64,000 nucleotides of DNA from Mobula hypostoma (taxonomy: Eukaryota), in NCBI RefSeq assembly GCF_963921235.1, contig NC_086097.1:91886001-91950000 (forward strand). Reading direction: 5' to 3'. The notes under the pieces were generated by a model. That model was not told the origin of the DNA and did not search any database. It worked only from the letters and a program-made list of their open reading frames with translations. Positions 53,165 to 64,000 of this stretch are shown here, piece by piece. Positions within the stretch are counted from its first letter, which is position 1, and every line of letters starts with the position of its first letter. The position numbers and the translations under genes are program-made.

Positions 53165-55187
53165 ATAGTCATACTTTATTGATCCCAGGGGAAATTGGTT
53201 TTTGTTACAGTTGCACCATAAATAATAATAGAACCATAAATAGTAATATTTCATAATTTACTGGCATAATTTACCTAAGACCAGGACCAACCTATTGGCT
53301 CAGGGTGTCTGACCCTCCAAGGGGGGAGTTGTAAAGTTTGATGGCCACAGGCAGGAATGACTTCCTATGACGCTCTGTGTTGCATCTCAGTGGAATGAGT
53401 CTCTGGCTGAATGTACTCCTGTGCCCAACCAGTACGTTATGTAGTGGATGGGAGACATTGTCCAAGATGGCATGCAACTTAGACAGCATCCTCTTTTCGG
53501 ACACCACCGTGAGAGAGTCCAGTTCCATCCCCACAACATCACTGGCCTTACGGGTGAGTTTGTTGATTCTGTTGGTGTCTGCCACCCTCAGCCTGCTGCC
53601 CCAGCACACAACAGCAAACATGATAGCACTGGCCACCACAGACTTGTAGAACATCCTCAGCATCGTCCGGCAGATGTTAAAGGACCTCAGTCTCCTCAGG
53701 AAATAGAGACGGCTCTGACCCTTCTTGTAGACAGCCTCAGTGTTCTTTGACCAGTCCAGTTTATTGTCAATTCATATCCCCAGGTATTTGTAATCCTCCA
53801 CCATGTCCATACTGACCCCCTGGATGGAAACAGGGGTCACCGGTACCTGAGCTCTCCTCAGGTCTACCACCAGCTCCTTAGTCTTTTTCATATTAAGCTG
53901 CAGATAATTCTGCTCACACCATGTGACAAAGTTTCCTACTGTAGCCCTGTACTCAGCCTCATCTCCCTTGCTGATGCATCCAACTATGGCAGAGTCATCA
54001 GAAAACTTCTGAAGATGACAAGACTCTGTGCAGTAGTTGAAGTCTGAGGTGTAAATGGTGAAGAGAAAGGGAGACAAGACAGTCCCCTGTGGAGCCCCAG
54101 TGCTGCTGATCACTCTGTTGGACACACAGTGTTGCAAGCACATGTACTGTGGTCTGCCAGTCAGGTAATCAAGAATCCATGATACCAGGGAAGCATCCAC
54201 CTGCATCGCTGTCAGCTTCTCCCCCAGCAGAGCAGGGCGGATGGTGTTGAACGCACTGGAGAAGTCAAAAAACATGACCCTCACAGTGCTCGCTGGCTTA
54301 TCCAGGTGGGCGTAGACACGGTTCAGCAGGTAGACGATGGCATCCTCAACTCCTAGTCGGGGCTGGTAGGTGAACTGGAGGGGATCTAAGTGTGGCCTGA
54401 CCATAGGCCGGAGCAGCTCCAGAACAAATCCCTCCAGGGTCTTCATGATGTGAGAGGTCAATGCCACCGCTCTGTAGTCATTGAGGCCACTGTGACGCGG
54501 CGTCTTCGACACAGGGACGAGGCAGGATGTCTTCCACAGCACAGGAATCCTCCGGAGCCTCAGGCTCAGGTTGAATACATGGTGAAGTACTCCACATAGC
54601 TGAGGGGCACAGGCTTTGAGCACCCTGGTACTGACACCATCCAGTCCTGCAGACTTGCTTGGGTTGAGACGTTTCAGCTGTCTTCTCACCTGTTCAGCTG
54701 TGAAGCCCACCATGGTGGTTTCGTGTGGGGAAGGGGTATAGTCATGAGAGCAGGGTGGGAGACTGTGAGGAGGGGTAGGAGGGGAGAGTGGAATATGTGT
54801 TGGTTGGGGGCTGACAACAGATGGCTCATGTGGGGGACAGGCAGGGGCCACAATGTCAAATCTGTTAAAGAACAGGTTAAGTTCGTTGGCCCTGTCCACA
54901 CTGCCTTCCGCTCCTCTGTTGCTAGTTTGCCGAAATCCAGTGACGGTCCTCATCCCCCTCTAGACCTCTCTCATGTTGTTCTGCTGGAGTTTCCACTCAA
55001 GCTTCCTCCTGTACCTGTCTTTAGCCTCCCTGATCCTGGCTTTCAGGTCCCTCTGTATTGCCCTCAGCTCCTCCCTATTTCCATCTCTAAACACCCTCTT
55101 TTTAGCGTTCAGGATGTCCTTAATGTCTTTTGTCACCCATGGCTTGTTATTTGAATAACAAAGGACAGTTCTTGTCAGAACATTGCA
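53165..55187 (-). mobile_element. Rex1/Babar-like LINE, 5'-truncated and relatively young
   Basis: 393-aa RT ORF (LNDYRAVALTS, FFDFSSAFNTI, GAPQGTVLSPFLF, KFSDD) followed by a 123-aa C-terminal ORF; AATAAA and a short tandem tail on the minus strand. Confidence 0.92.
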
Positions 55188-55604
55188 ATAGAGACAATTG
55201 AGAATGATGGGACAATTTAATAAGTTTGCTCATTCATTTTCTTTGATGTTATAGACAGAGTCATTGGAGTACAAAGAAAACAAGGATATTATTCTAAATC
55301 TTTACAAATTTATGCTTGGCCCCAGTTCAAGTAGTGTCCATTGAGGGCATCATTGATTGGGAAAGAAATTGAAAGTGCAGAAGAGACTTACTGGATTGGT
55401 AATGCAGAGATATTTTGAAGAAAACTGACTGCTGGAATTATTCTAAGAGAGATATTCAAATTCATAGACGTTTTTGATAAAGTAAAAAGAAACAGTTTCC
55501 ATGATGAATGGGTCAACATCTAAAGGACAGAGATTTAAGATAATTGACAAAAAATAAATCTGAAATGAAAACATCCTTGTGTAATGAGCTCTCGTGATCT
55601 AAAT

Positions 55605-55976
55605 GGGTGGCATGATAGTATAGTGGTTAGCACAATGCTTTACAGTACAAGTGTACCAGGTTCAGTTCCCACTGCTGCTTTTAAGGAAGAGGTTCCCAGC
55701 CTTTTTTATGCCACGGACCCCTATCATTAACCAAGGAGTCTGTGGACACTAGGTTGGGAACCCCTGCTGTAAGGTGTTCATAGGTCCTTTCCATGACTAT
55801 GTGGGTTTCTCCAGGTGCTCCGGTTTCCTCCCACAGTCCAAAGTAGTACCGGTTGGTAGGTTAATTGGTCATTGTGAACTTTCCCATGATTAGGCCAGGA
55901 CTAAGTGGGGGGTTCCTCAGCAGCATAGCTCCAAGGGTCAGAAGGGCCTATTCCATGCTCTATCTCAATAAATAAT
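55605..55976 (+). mobile_element. tRNA-derived SINE
   Basis: A-box-like tagtatagtgg, B-box-like ggttcagttccc, body gtgggtttctccaggtgctccggtttcctcccacagtccaaag, A-rich tail; similar copies at 59243 and 61745. Confidence 0.75.
55687..55766. mobile_element. Second copy of the hAT MITE, opposite orientation, inserted in a SINE
   Basis: Same TIRs and reverse-complement interior; imperfect TSD ttttaagg/ctgtaagg. Confidence 0.75.
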
Positions 55977-56447
55977 TAAATGTTACTGATGAAAGCAGAT
56001 CCAACAGTAACTTTCAAAAGGAAATTAAATATTTACTTATAAAGGAACCATTGCCATTGAAGTAGGAGCCATTGGATTTTCTTTCCAAGAGTTGGCACTG
56101 GCTTGGGGAATAAATTAGCAACAGAAAATGTGTGGAATACTCAGCAGCATCTGTGGAAGTGAAGCATCTTCATTCTGAAACATTAACTCTGTTTCTCTTT
56201 CCACAGATGCTGCCTGACCTTCTAAGTGTTTCTTGTATTTTCCATTCTAAGGTTTTCAGTGCCTCCAGTTTTTTTTTCCTTCAAGTCTTTTGGGGAGAAT
56301 ACTTACCTTCTTTGCTGAGGTATTTCTAGTATTTAGTGACATATGAATTTTACAGACATGTACTCCATATCAAGATCTGTAGATGAGTGGAAGAGTACTA
56401 CCAACAGGATGCTTAATTTACACTCCTTTCTAATTTCTTTTTCTCAG

Positions 56448-56544
56448 TAATCAATTGGTTCTAAGGGGTCATAGAGACGAGGAACGTGAAGAACTAGACT
56501 CGCAAAACATTCATCAGAATTTATTTGCCAAAAGGCACAATCTG
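56448..56544 (+). CDS. Candidate exon 5 (97 bp, phase 2 to phase 0)
   Basis: Strong acceptor ctaatttctttttctcAG; open frame SNQLVLRGHRDEEREELDSQNIHQNLFAKRHNL; donor CTG|GTAGGA. Confidence 0.5.
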
Positions 56545-57356
56545 GTAGGATTTAACCCACATCTATGCAGTTCCATTGTCAGACCACATCTAATCTGTGT
56601 TTGAGAAGAATTATGTTCACATAGATTGATTAGTAAACTTGAGAAGATTAAAACCTGGATTTACCAAGGATTAAATTACAAGGCAAAATTAGACAAATTA
56701 ATGCTGTATTCTATTTTTAGAAGGCTAAGTGCTGATTTGACTGACGTTATTGAGGGGTAATAATAAGATAAAGAATTTCTGGTGATTAGCAAATCAAAGA
56801 TGTCAAAATATGTTGCAGATTGTGGCATGAAGTAGTCAGAGTAGATTATTACAGATAATAGAAATTTAACACACGTTGCATGTAGCACATACTTTGTACA
56901 CTGCCCAAGACAAATGTTTGCTTCAAACAAGTGAATACAGCCTAAACATTTGAGCTCAAATTTTCAGTGATGAAATAGGAAAGTGAAGAGTCAAAGAATT
57001 TTGTAATCCTCATCTATAAATGGCAATTGGAGTTAGGTCAATGTTAAAAATATAACCTAAAATATTCCTGCCCACCTGGCTACATTTCTTTTGTTTTCAA
57101 TTTACGCAATGCAATTTAGATTATAAATCAAATTTACTCTAATAAAGCTACTCATATCTCAGAAAATAATATTAAACATTTAGAAAGTCACCTTATTTAG
57201 AGAAATAATAACACCTTAGAGCGTGGCCCATGATTGCTTTTCATCTGAATAAGTCTTTAAATTATAATTTTATTCTACTTTTACCTACCTTTTATTCTAA
57301 TCTTCCAATCTTACATTTCCTTGGCCTCTTTACTCTACCATTCGATTTTGATACAG

Positions 57357-57434
57357 GAGCTCTTTCGGAAAAATACCAAAAAATTACCTATAAATAGATT
57401 TGTGTTGGGAAGTTTGCCTGCAGATGCAAAGTGA
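57357..57434 (+). CDS. Candidate alternative terminal exon (phase 0, ends at TGA)
   Basis: Long pyrimidine-rich tract then tacAG; reads ELFRKNTKKLPINRFVLGSLPADAK then stop. Confidence 0.3.
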   Translation, partial: ELFRKNTKKLPINRFVLGSLPADAK

Positions 57435-57451
57435 AATCAGGGTCACACTTA

Positions 57452-58644
57452 CAGTGCCTATAAGAAGTAGGCATCCCCATTGGAAGTTTTCATGTTTTAT
57501 TGTTTTACAACATTAAATCACAATGGATTTAATTTGGCTTTTTTTTGACACTGATCAACAGAAAATGCTCTATTGTGTCAAAGAGAAAAGAGATTACTAA
57601 AAATTGGTCTAAATGTATTACAATTATTAGACACAAAATAAGTGATTGCATTATTACTCACCCACTTCAAGTCAGTATTTAGCAGATGCGTCTTTGGCAG
57701 CAATTACAGCCTTGAGCCAGCGGATGGGTCTCTACTACCTTTGCACATTTGGATGCTAAATTTTTCCCTATTATCCTTTACAAAACTGCTCAAGCTCTTT
57801 CAGATTGCATAGAGATCATGAAAAAATAGCATTTTCAAGTCCAGCCACAAATTCTCAATTGGATTGAGATCTGGGCTCTGACTTGGCCACTCCAGGACAT
57901 TAACTTTGTTGTTTTAAGCCGTTCCTGTATAGCTTTGTCTTTATACTCTGGTTCATTGTCTTGCTGGGAAACAAATTTCTCCCAAGTCACAGTTCTCTTG
58001 CAGATTGCATCAGGTTTTCCTCCAGGACTTCCCTGTATTTTGCTGCACTCATTTTACTATCTAACTTCACAGGCCTTCTAAGGCCTGCTGCAGTGAAGCA
58101 TCCCCACGGCACAATTCAGTCACCACCTGTCTTGCCTCCTTCTCCCATCAATCCAATAGTTTTATGTATTCTGTAAAGGTGTCTCCCCTTTTGCCCAATA
58201 TCTCATAAGTCTTGCCATAATCCCCTAATTCTCAGTACCACCAACACTTGCTAATTGGAAGGTCTATATCCACAGATGAACTTTTTGCAATTGGCTCTTC
58301 CAGATCAGGTGTATTTTTACCACAATCAGTTGAATCACCTTGACTGCACGCAGGTGATCTCTGTTTAACTAATTATGTGACTTCTCAACCAACTGGCTGC
58401 ACCAGTGATGATTTGGTATGTCATATTAAAGGAGGTGAATGTTTGTGCAATCAATTATTTTGTGTTTTATACTTGTAATTAATTTAGATCTCTTTGTAGA
58501 GATCAGTTTTCACTTTGACATGAAAGAGTCTCTTTCTGTTGATCAGCATCAAAAAAAGCCAAATTAAATCCACTGTGATTCAATGTTGCAAAACAATAAA
58601 ACATGAAAATTTCCAAGAGGCCTGAATACTTCTTATAGGCACCA
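57452..58644 (-). mobile_element. Internally deleted Tc1-like DNA transposon
   Basis: ~200-bp imperfect TIRs starting CAGTGCCTATAAGAAGTA; TA on both flanks; the minus strand at ~57845-57892 encodes [16 protein letters not shown]. Confidence 0.9.
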
Positions 58645-58739
58645 TATGTTTGACGCTTAATAACACATAGGGCAATCAATTTTCTTTGGTATGTAATTTT
58701 AAAAAACACATCCCTATGAAAAGTGATGGAGAGACATAG

Positions 58740-61710
58740 TTCTGATGAAAGGTCATGGATCTCAAACTGTTCAAAGACTCAATTGACAGCCTAGATGAAT
58801 ATGTCACTATCGTTAGAGGCTTTATCAACAAGTCCAGTGAGGACTGTGTACCAAAGAACACAATCTGGGTGTACTCAAACTGGAAACCATGGATGAACGG
58901 AGAGATCCACTCCCTACTGAGGTCTTGGACTGCCATGTTCAAATCAAGTGACCCTGCCCTTTACAAGAAATTGAGATACTTCCTTCATAAAGCTAATAAG
59001 AAGATCAAGTGATAATACCAGTCCAAAATTGAATGCCATACAGGCCATCGGTTGTGACAGGGCTCACATGCTATAATGGGCTACAAACCAAAGTTGGGCC
59101 GTAATGCCAACTACAGCCCATCCCTTTCCAATGAGTTTAACACACTTTATGTATGTTTTGAACAGAAGGGGTTTAGAATGATACCATTCATCCTGATAGT
59201 CTCTACTGCATCTGAACCCACAGTCACCATTGCAGATAACAGCATGGTAGAGTAACGGTTGGCACAACGTTTTACGGAAAGAGCAACCCAAGTTCAATTC
59301 CCACTGCTGCCTGTATGTAGTTTGTAGGTCCTTTCCATGATCACATGGGTTTCCCCCAGGTGCTCCAGTTTCTTCCCACAGTCCAAAGAAGTACCGGTTG
59401 GTAGGTTAATTGGTAAACATTCCAGTGATCAGGCTAAGATTAAATCAGGGGATTACTGGGCAGTGTGGCTCAAAAGGCCAGAAGGACCTATTCCATGCTA
59501 TATCTCAATTATAAATTAATTAAAAATTAAACCAGAGCACCTGGAGGAAACCCATGCGGTTATGAGGAGAAAGAACAACTCCTTACAGATTGCACTGGAA
59601 CTGAACTCCGAGCTGTAATCGCATCACTCTAACCACTACACTAACGTGGTACCCTCCCTAAACCTTAAACAGGTCTATAATGGATATTATCTCCCTGCAC
59701 CTGCACTCATCTCAGGAGAATCTAGACAGTAAAGGCACCTATGTTTATTCAACAGCTCAATAGCTCAATAGTTCCATTTAATATCAGGGAAATGTATGCA
59801 ATATACATCCTGAGATTCTTGTTCTTTGTCAACATCCACAAAAAAGTTCCCCAAAGAATGAATGACAGTGAAAACGTTAGAACCCCAAAGACCCTCCCCC
59901 ACTCCCCACTTCCACACACAAGCAGCAGCAAAGCAACGACCTTCCCCCACCCCAACCAAAAAGCATCAGCAGCCTCCACCCACCAAGCAAGCAATAGCAA
60001 AGCCCCTAAGAAAGACCATGATCTGCAGTACTACAAAAACTAATTGTTCACCCAACAATTCAACATACCACATGCTCTCTTTCTCCCTAATAAAGGGAAA
60101 GAGGGATGTCCCCCTTTTGCGGTGAGAAGGGAGAGAGAACAAAACAACTCGCTGATTTGCGATGATAAAGTCAGTCGCGTCGCTATTTTCCGAGTTCTCT
60201 GACTCGTGAATTGGTAACAAACTCTCCTCCACCGATGAGAGAAAGAGAGAGAGAGCACAATTCATTGAGCACAGAGCCTCCGAAGGCTGATCTGCTGATC
60301 CTGGCGTTCCGGTTTCTCCCATGACGCTTCAGTTGGCAGCACCGGCATAGAATCAGCCCGTCCACTGCGTCGCGAAGCCTTGGAACCCCGAGGGCACCTT
60401 GTCTTCTAGGCCATGTCCTTGGGATTTCAGGAAGCGGTTGGTTGTGAGCCCCCAGGAGTGTGTCCCACCACCGCAAAGAACCAAAATCTGAGTGTAACTC
60501 CAGGTCAGAACCCTGAAAAGGTAAAAGGGAGAGATCAAAGGTAGAAATTAAGCTGTTTCCACAGATGAGCTTGAAGGATTCACTGCTATCATACCTCTAC
60601 CCCTCCTAGTTGTATTATTCATTGTTTATTGAATACAGCTCTGCCTTTGTTGTTCCATTTCACGCCTGTGGTGCAATGGGCAGCATTTTTACTGTTTCTG
60701 TAGCATTTGACTGTTATTTTCCGAGGCCGAGTTGCCAGCTCGATGCCCAACCCAGCACAGATGGAAAGCGTGCAAGCAGCGGGCTGGAATTGAACTGGGG
60801 ACCATTTGCCTTGAGGTCCGGTGCTGATGCCACTACACCACCAGCTGGCACATTGGTAGCATAATTCTGGTCAAACTCATCTTCATGACCCCTAGACATG
60901 GGACTCAACACCTCATTTTGCAACTGGATCCTTGACTTCCAGACCAACAAACCACAATCGGTAAGGTTAGGCAGTAGAAACCTCCACCACAATCATTCCC
61001 AACACTTGTGGCGCACAAGGCAAAGTCCTTAGTCCCCAGTTCCATTCCCTATACACTCATGACTGGGTGGCCAGATCCAGCTGCAACTCTATCTGCAAGT
61101 TTGTAGATGATACCACCGTAGTTGGCCTTATCTCAGTTAATGATGAGACGGAAGGAGGTAACGAAGCTAGTGACATGGTGCCATGATAACGACCTTTGCC
61201 CCAATACCAACAAAACTAAAGAGATGGTCACTGACTTCAGGAAGGGGGCAGTGCATATGCCCCTGTTTACATTAATGGTGCTGAGTTTGAGAGTGTTGAG
61301 GGTTTTATGTTTTGAGGAGTGTACATCACCACGTTCCTGTCCTGGTCTAACCATACAGGTGTCACAGTCAAGAAGGTGGACCAGTCCCTCTTCTTGCTCA
61401 GGAGGCTAAATAACTTTGACATGCCCCCTTTGACTGTCACCAATTTTGAACAATGCACCATAGAAAGCATCCCAACTGGATGCACTGCGGCTTGGTGTGG
61501 CTTGTGACCACAAGAAACTGTAAGCAGTTGTGGACACAGCTCAGCTCATCATGGAAACCTGCTATCCCTTCCCGGAATCTGTCTGCACTTCTCGCTGTCT
61601 CGAAGACTCCACCAATACTGAACATTCTCTCTTCTCTGCCCTCCCATCAAGCAGAAGGTAATAAAGCCCACTTGGTTTAAGGACAGCTTTTATCCTGTCG
61701 TCATAATTGT
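58740..61710 (+). mobile_element. Old fragmented Rex1-like LINE interrupted by SINEs and other repeats
   Basis: DCVPKNTIWVYSNWKPWMN at 58.8 kb; degraded RT and WCHDNDL..NTNKTKEMVTDFRK at 60.9-61.5 kb. Confidence 0.7.
59243..59525 (+). mobile_element. tRNA-derived SINE
   Basis: High similarity to 55605-55976. Confidence 0.75.
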
Positions 61711-61739
61711 TTTGAATGGCACCTTAGTATGGACCACTG

Positions 61740-61962
61740 TCACTGTCTGTAAGGAGTCTGCATGTTCTCCTTGTGACCGTGTGGGTTTCCTTCTAGTGCT
61801 CTGTTTCCCTCCCAGGGTCTAAAGATGTACTGTTTGGTAGGTTAATTGTCATTGTAAATTGTCCCGTGATTAGGCTAGGTTTAAAGCAGGGGATCGTCTG
61901 GCGGCGTGGCTTGAAGTGGCAGAAGGGCCTATTCCCTGCTGCCTCTCGGTAAATAAGTAAAT
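61740..61962 (+). mobile_element. 5'-truncated SINE of the same family
   Basis: gtgggtttcc...ggtaggttaattgtcattgtaaattgtccc...gaagggcctattcc, with a taaa tail. Confidence 0.7.
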
Positions 61963-62488
61963 AGGCATGATCAGATGGAGGCTTGACATCACAATCTACC
62001 TCATTATGACCTTGCACATTATTGTTTACCTGCACTTTACTTCCTATCTAACTGAAACACTGGATTTGGCATTCTGTTCTTGTACTACCTCAATGTAATG
62101 AATTGATGTGCATGAACAGTTAGCAAGTCAAGCTTTTCATTATATCTTGGTACATATAACAATAACAGAGTAATTTACTGACTTACTTTACATATGTCAT
62201 CTCTGTCTCTCCTTCCACATTTACTGCTCAGCCTGTAGAGAGTTATCCACTCTCGTTGAGGGTCACAGAAAGTGAGGCAGAGCACCTACAATAAAGTTGA
62301 AAGCTATTGCCATGGTTTAAATGTAAGTAAGTCAGAACAGGAAGCTGAGAACCCCTATTGCTAGATTGTCACAAACGCTCACTCCCTCAGTCAGTGTGTG
62401 ATCCAAGCTTGTCCCATTGCAAATCATTTTACCAAAGAAGAGAAAAGCTAAGAAAAGAGTGTTTAAAATAATTCTTTTCTACTTGTAG

Positions 62489-62568
62489 GGTTCAGAGGCA
62501 GAAATGAATTCTTCACAATTGCAGATTAGTGAGGCTAAAGATACAGAGAAACAGATAACAGCAGATAT
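62489..62568 (+). CDS. Candidate exon (80 bp, phase 0 to phase 2)
   Basis: Acceptor ttcttttctacttgtAG; open frame GSEAEMNSSQLQISEAKDTEKQITAD; consensus donor AT|GTAAGT. Confidence 0.5.
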
Positions 62569-62939
62569 GTAAGTACAGGTGATTCAAAGGGTTGGAGGTA
62601 TTGAGTTCAAATGTTACATTTTATATCAATGTTGATGTATTGCTGGTCCCAAAGATCGTTTGATCATGTAGGTAAGGAGAAAATAGTTTCTCTAGCAGGA
62701 GGGTTTGTAACTGAAAGATGTATTTAAAGTAATTGAGGGAAATAGTAGACAGTAAGGGAATTAGAAAGATCTGAAATTGTCTGCCTAAAAACAGATTCTA
62801 TAGTATTTTTCAAATCAGAATTGGATAAATGCTTGAAAAGGAAAATCTGCAGAACTATGGAGAAACAAGAAAGCAGGAGCATTAGGATGGCACCTAAAAG
62901 AAACCAAAATGCTTGCAAGCGTTTACATATGACTCATAT

Positions 62940-63268
62940 GGACAGGTCGGCGTTCAGCTCATTTACTCGTCTCTGCGCTGGACTGAGGATGTGGGTGCAA
63001 CTACCGAGCGCCTGGAGCAGCCGCAATGATGACTGGATTCATGGCTGTGGGGACTCACTTTCATGAACTTCAGTTCTGAATGTTATTTGCTTACTTCTAT
63101 TCTTTGGACAATTGGTTTTTTTCCCTGCACGTTGGGAGTCTGACAGTCTTCTTTTTTTAAGGGGTTCGATTGAGTTTCTTTGTTTTGTGGCTGCCTGTGA
63201 GGAGATGGATCTTAAGGCTGTATATAGTATAGAAACTCCGATAATGAATGCACTTTGAACTTTGAACT
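62940..63268 (+). repeat. Non-LTR-type repeat 3' end with a (ctttgaa)n tail; related minus-strand copy at ~5941-6680
   Basis: Tail aatgaatgcactttgaactttgaac mirrors ttcaaagtacatttattatc at 5942. Confidence 0.55.
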
Positions 63269-63287
63269 TATTTTCTCTACCTTGAAG

Positions 63288-63357
63288 GAACAGTCGCACA
63301 ATTTTCAAATTAGCTAAATACAGAAGGAGAAACAAGAAGATCCAAAAGAAAAGGAAA
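63288..63357 (+). CDS. Candidate exon (70 bp, phase 2 to phase 0) encoding a basic, NLS-like stretch
   Basis: Acceptor ttttctctaccttgaAG; AT+G gives M, then NSRTIFKLAKYRRRNKKIQKKRK; consensus donor AAA|GTAAGT. Confidence 0.5.
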
Positions 63358-64000
63358 GTAAGTTTAATAGAATGGTGGGGAGGATGGTGAAAGTGGTTAC
63401 TGTGGTACTGTTAAGTTATTATGTTATATTTTATATTTCCCCTTGAACAACTCTGAGTACGGCTCTGAGAAGCCCAGTATCTCAGATTTCGCATTAAAGA
63501 AAGCAGCAGAGATGTCATGTCCCTCAGTAAAAAAAAATGTAATTAATGATAAGGATTAAAACTGTTACCAGTTTAAAGAAAACAGTTGTCAGAGCTGACT
63601 TCATAGTCAGGGAGATGGGCACCTGTCTCCGTAATCATCAATATTAGTCTTACATAGTGTATTGCTTCCCTAGTGCCAGATAAAAGACATAACGTGCTGC
63701 AAAAAAAAACTAAAAAGGGGAGCAATCTAATGTCTTCAAGGTACATTGAGACATAGCAAACTTAATCCAAAGAGGTTAAAGGTTTATTTGAAAGTTGATT
63801 ACAAGCTGAGCGTTAAGCCTTTGGTCCAAACTGGATGTCCATGTACTGTAATTGCAGCATTGTTTGAGAAGCAGGTACTGCACACAATTTTACTGTCCAA
63901 TACAATGTAATATAATAACCAGTACAGACACAGAGAAAGCAATTTGTTCCATATGTAAAAATTGCACCCTGCTTCCATTTTTAAAGCAAAAGTGAAATAC

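Noticed and set aside
59741..60600. Overlapping short ORFs in a CpG-rich patch
   Set aside because: It looks like a minus-strand interspersed repeat inserted in the old Rex1 copy; no domain, LTR termini or TSD could be defined.
62232..62322. Exon-like segment with a pyrimidine tract and a GTAAGT donor
   Set aside because: Every frame from the two well-supported acceptors hits a stop; only a weak internal AG gives an open frame.

Overview
Repeat-rich vertebrate DNA; the CR1/Rex1/Penelope/SINE repertoire suggests a cartilaginous fish, probably a ray or skate (inference). One host gene is supportable: a + strand HIPK4-like CMGC kinase. Its coding exons lie at 33723-34533, 40259-41370 and 41694-42084, followed by a chain of small phase-compatible candidate exons at about 50.4, 56.5, 62.5 and 63.3 kb that may run past the window end. 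The rest is largely transposable elements. They include a complete but decayed Gmr1-type Ty3/gypsy provirus (15973-22594; integrase before RT, SCAN-like capsid, 4-bp TSD) nested in a CR1 LINE, two solo LTRs with TSDs, several CR1 and Rex1/Babar LINEs (one in a three-layer nest), a Penelope-like element with a minimal hammerhead ribozyme motif, an internally deleted Tc1 transposon, MITEs, SINEs and a degenerate ~33-bp minisatellite. All family calls come from reading motifs by eye; no database search was run.
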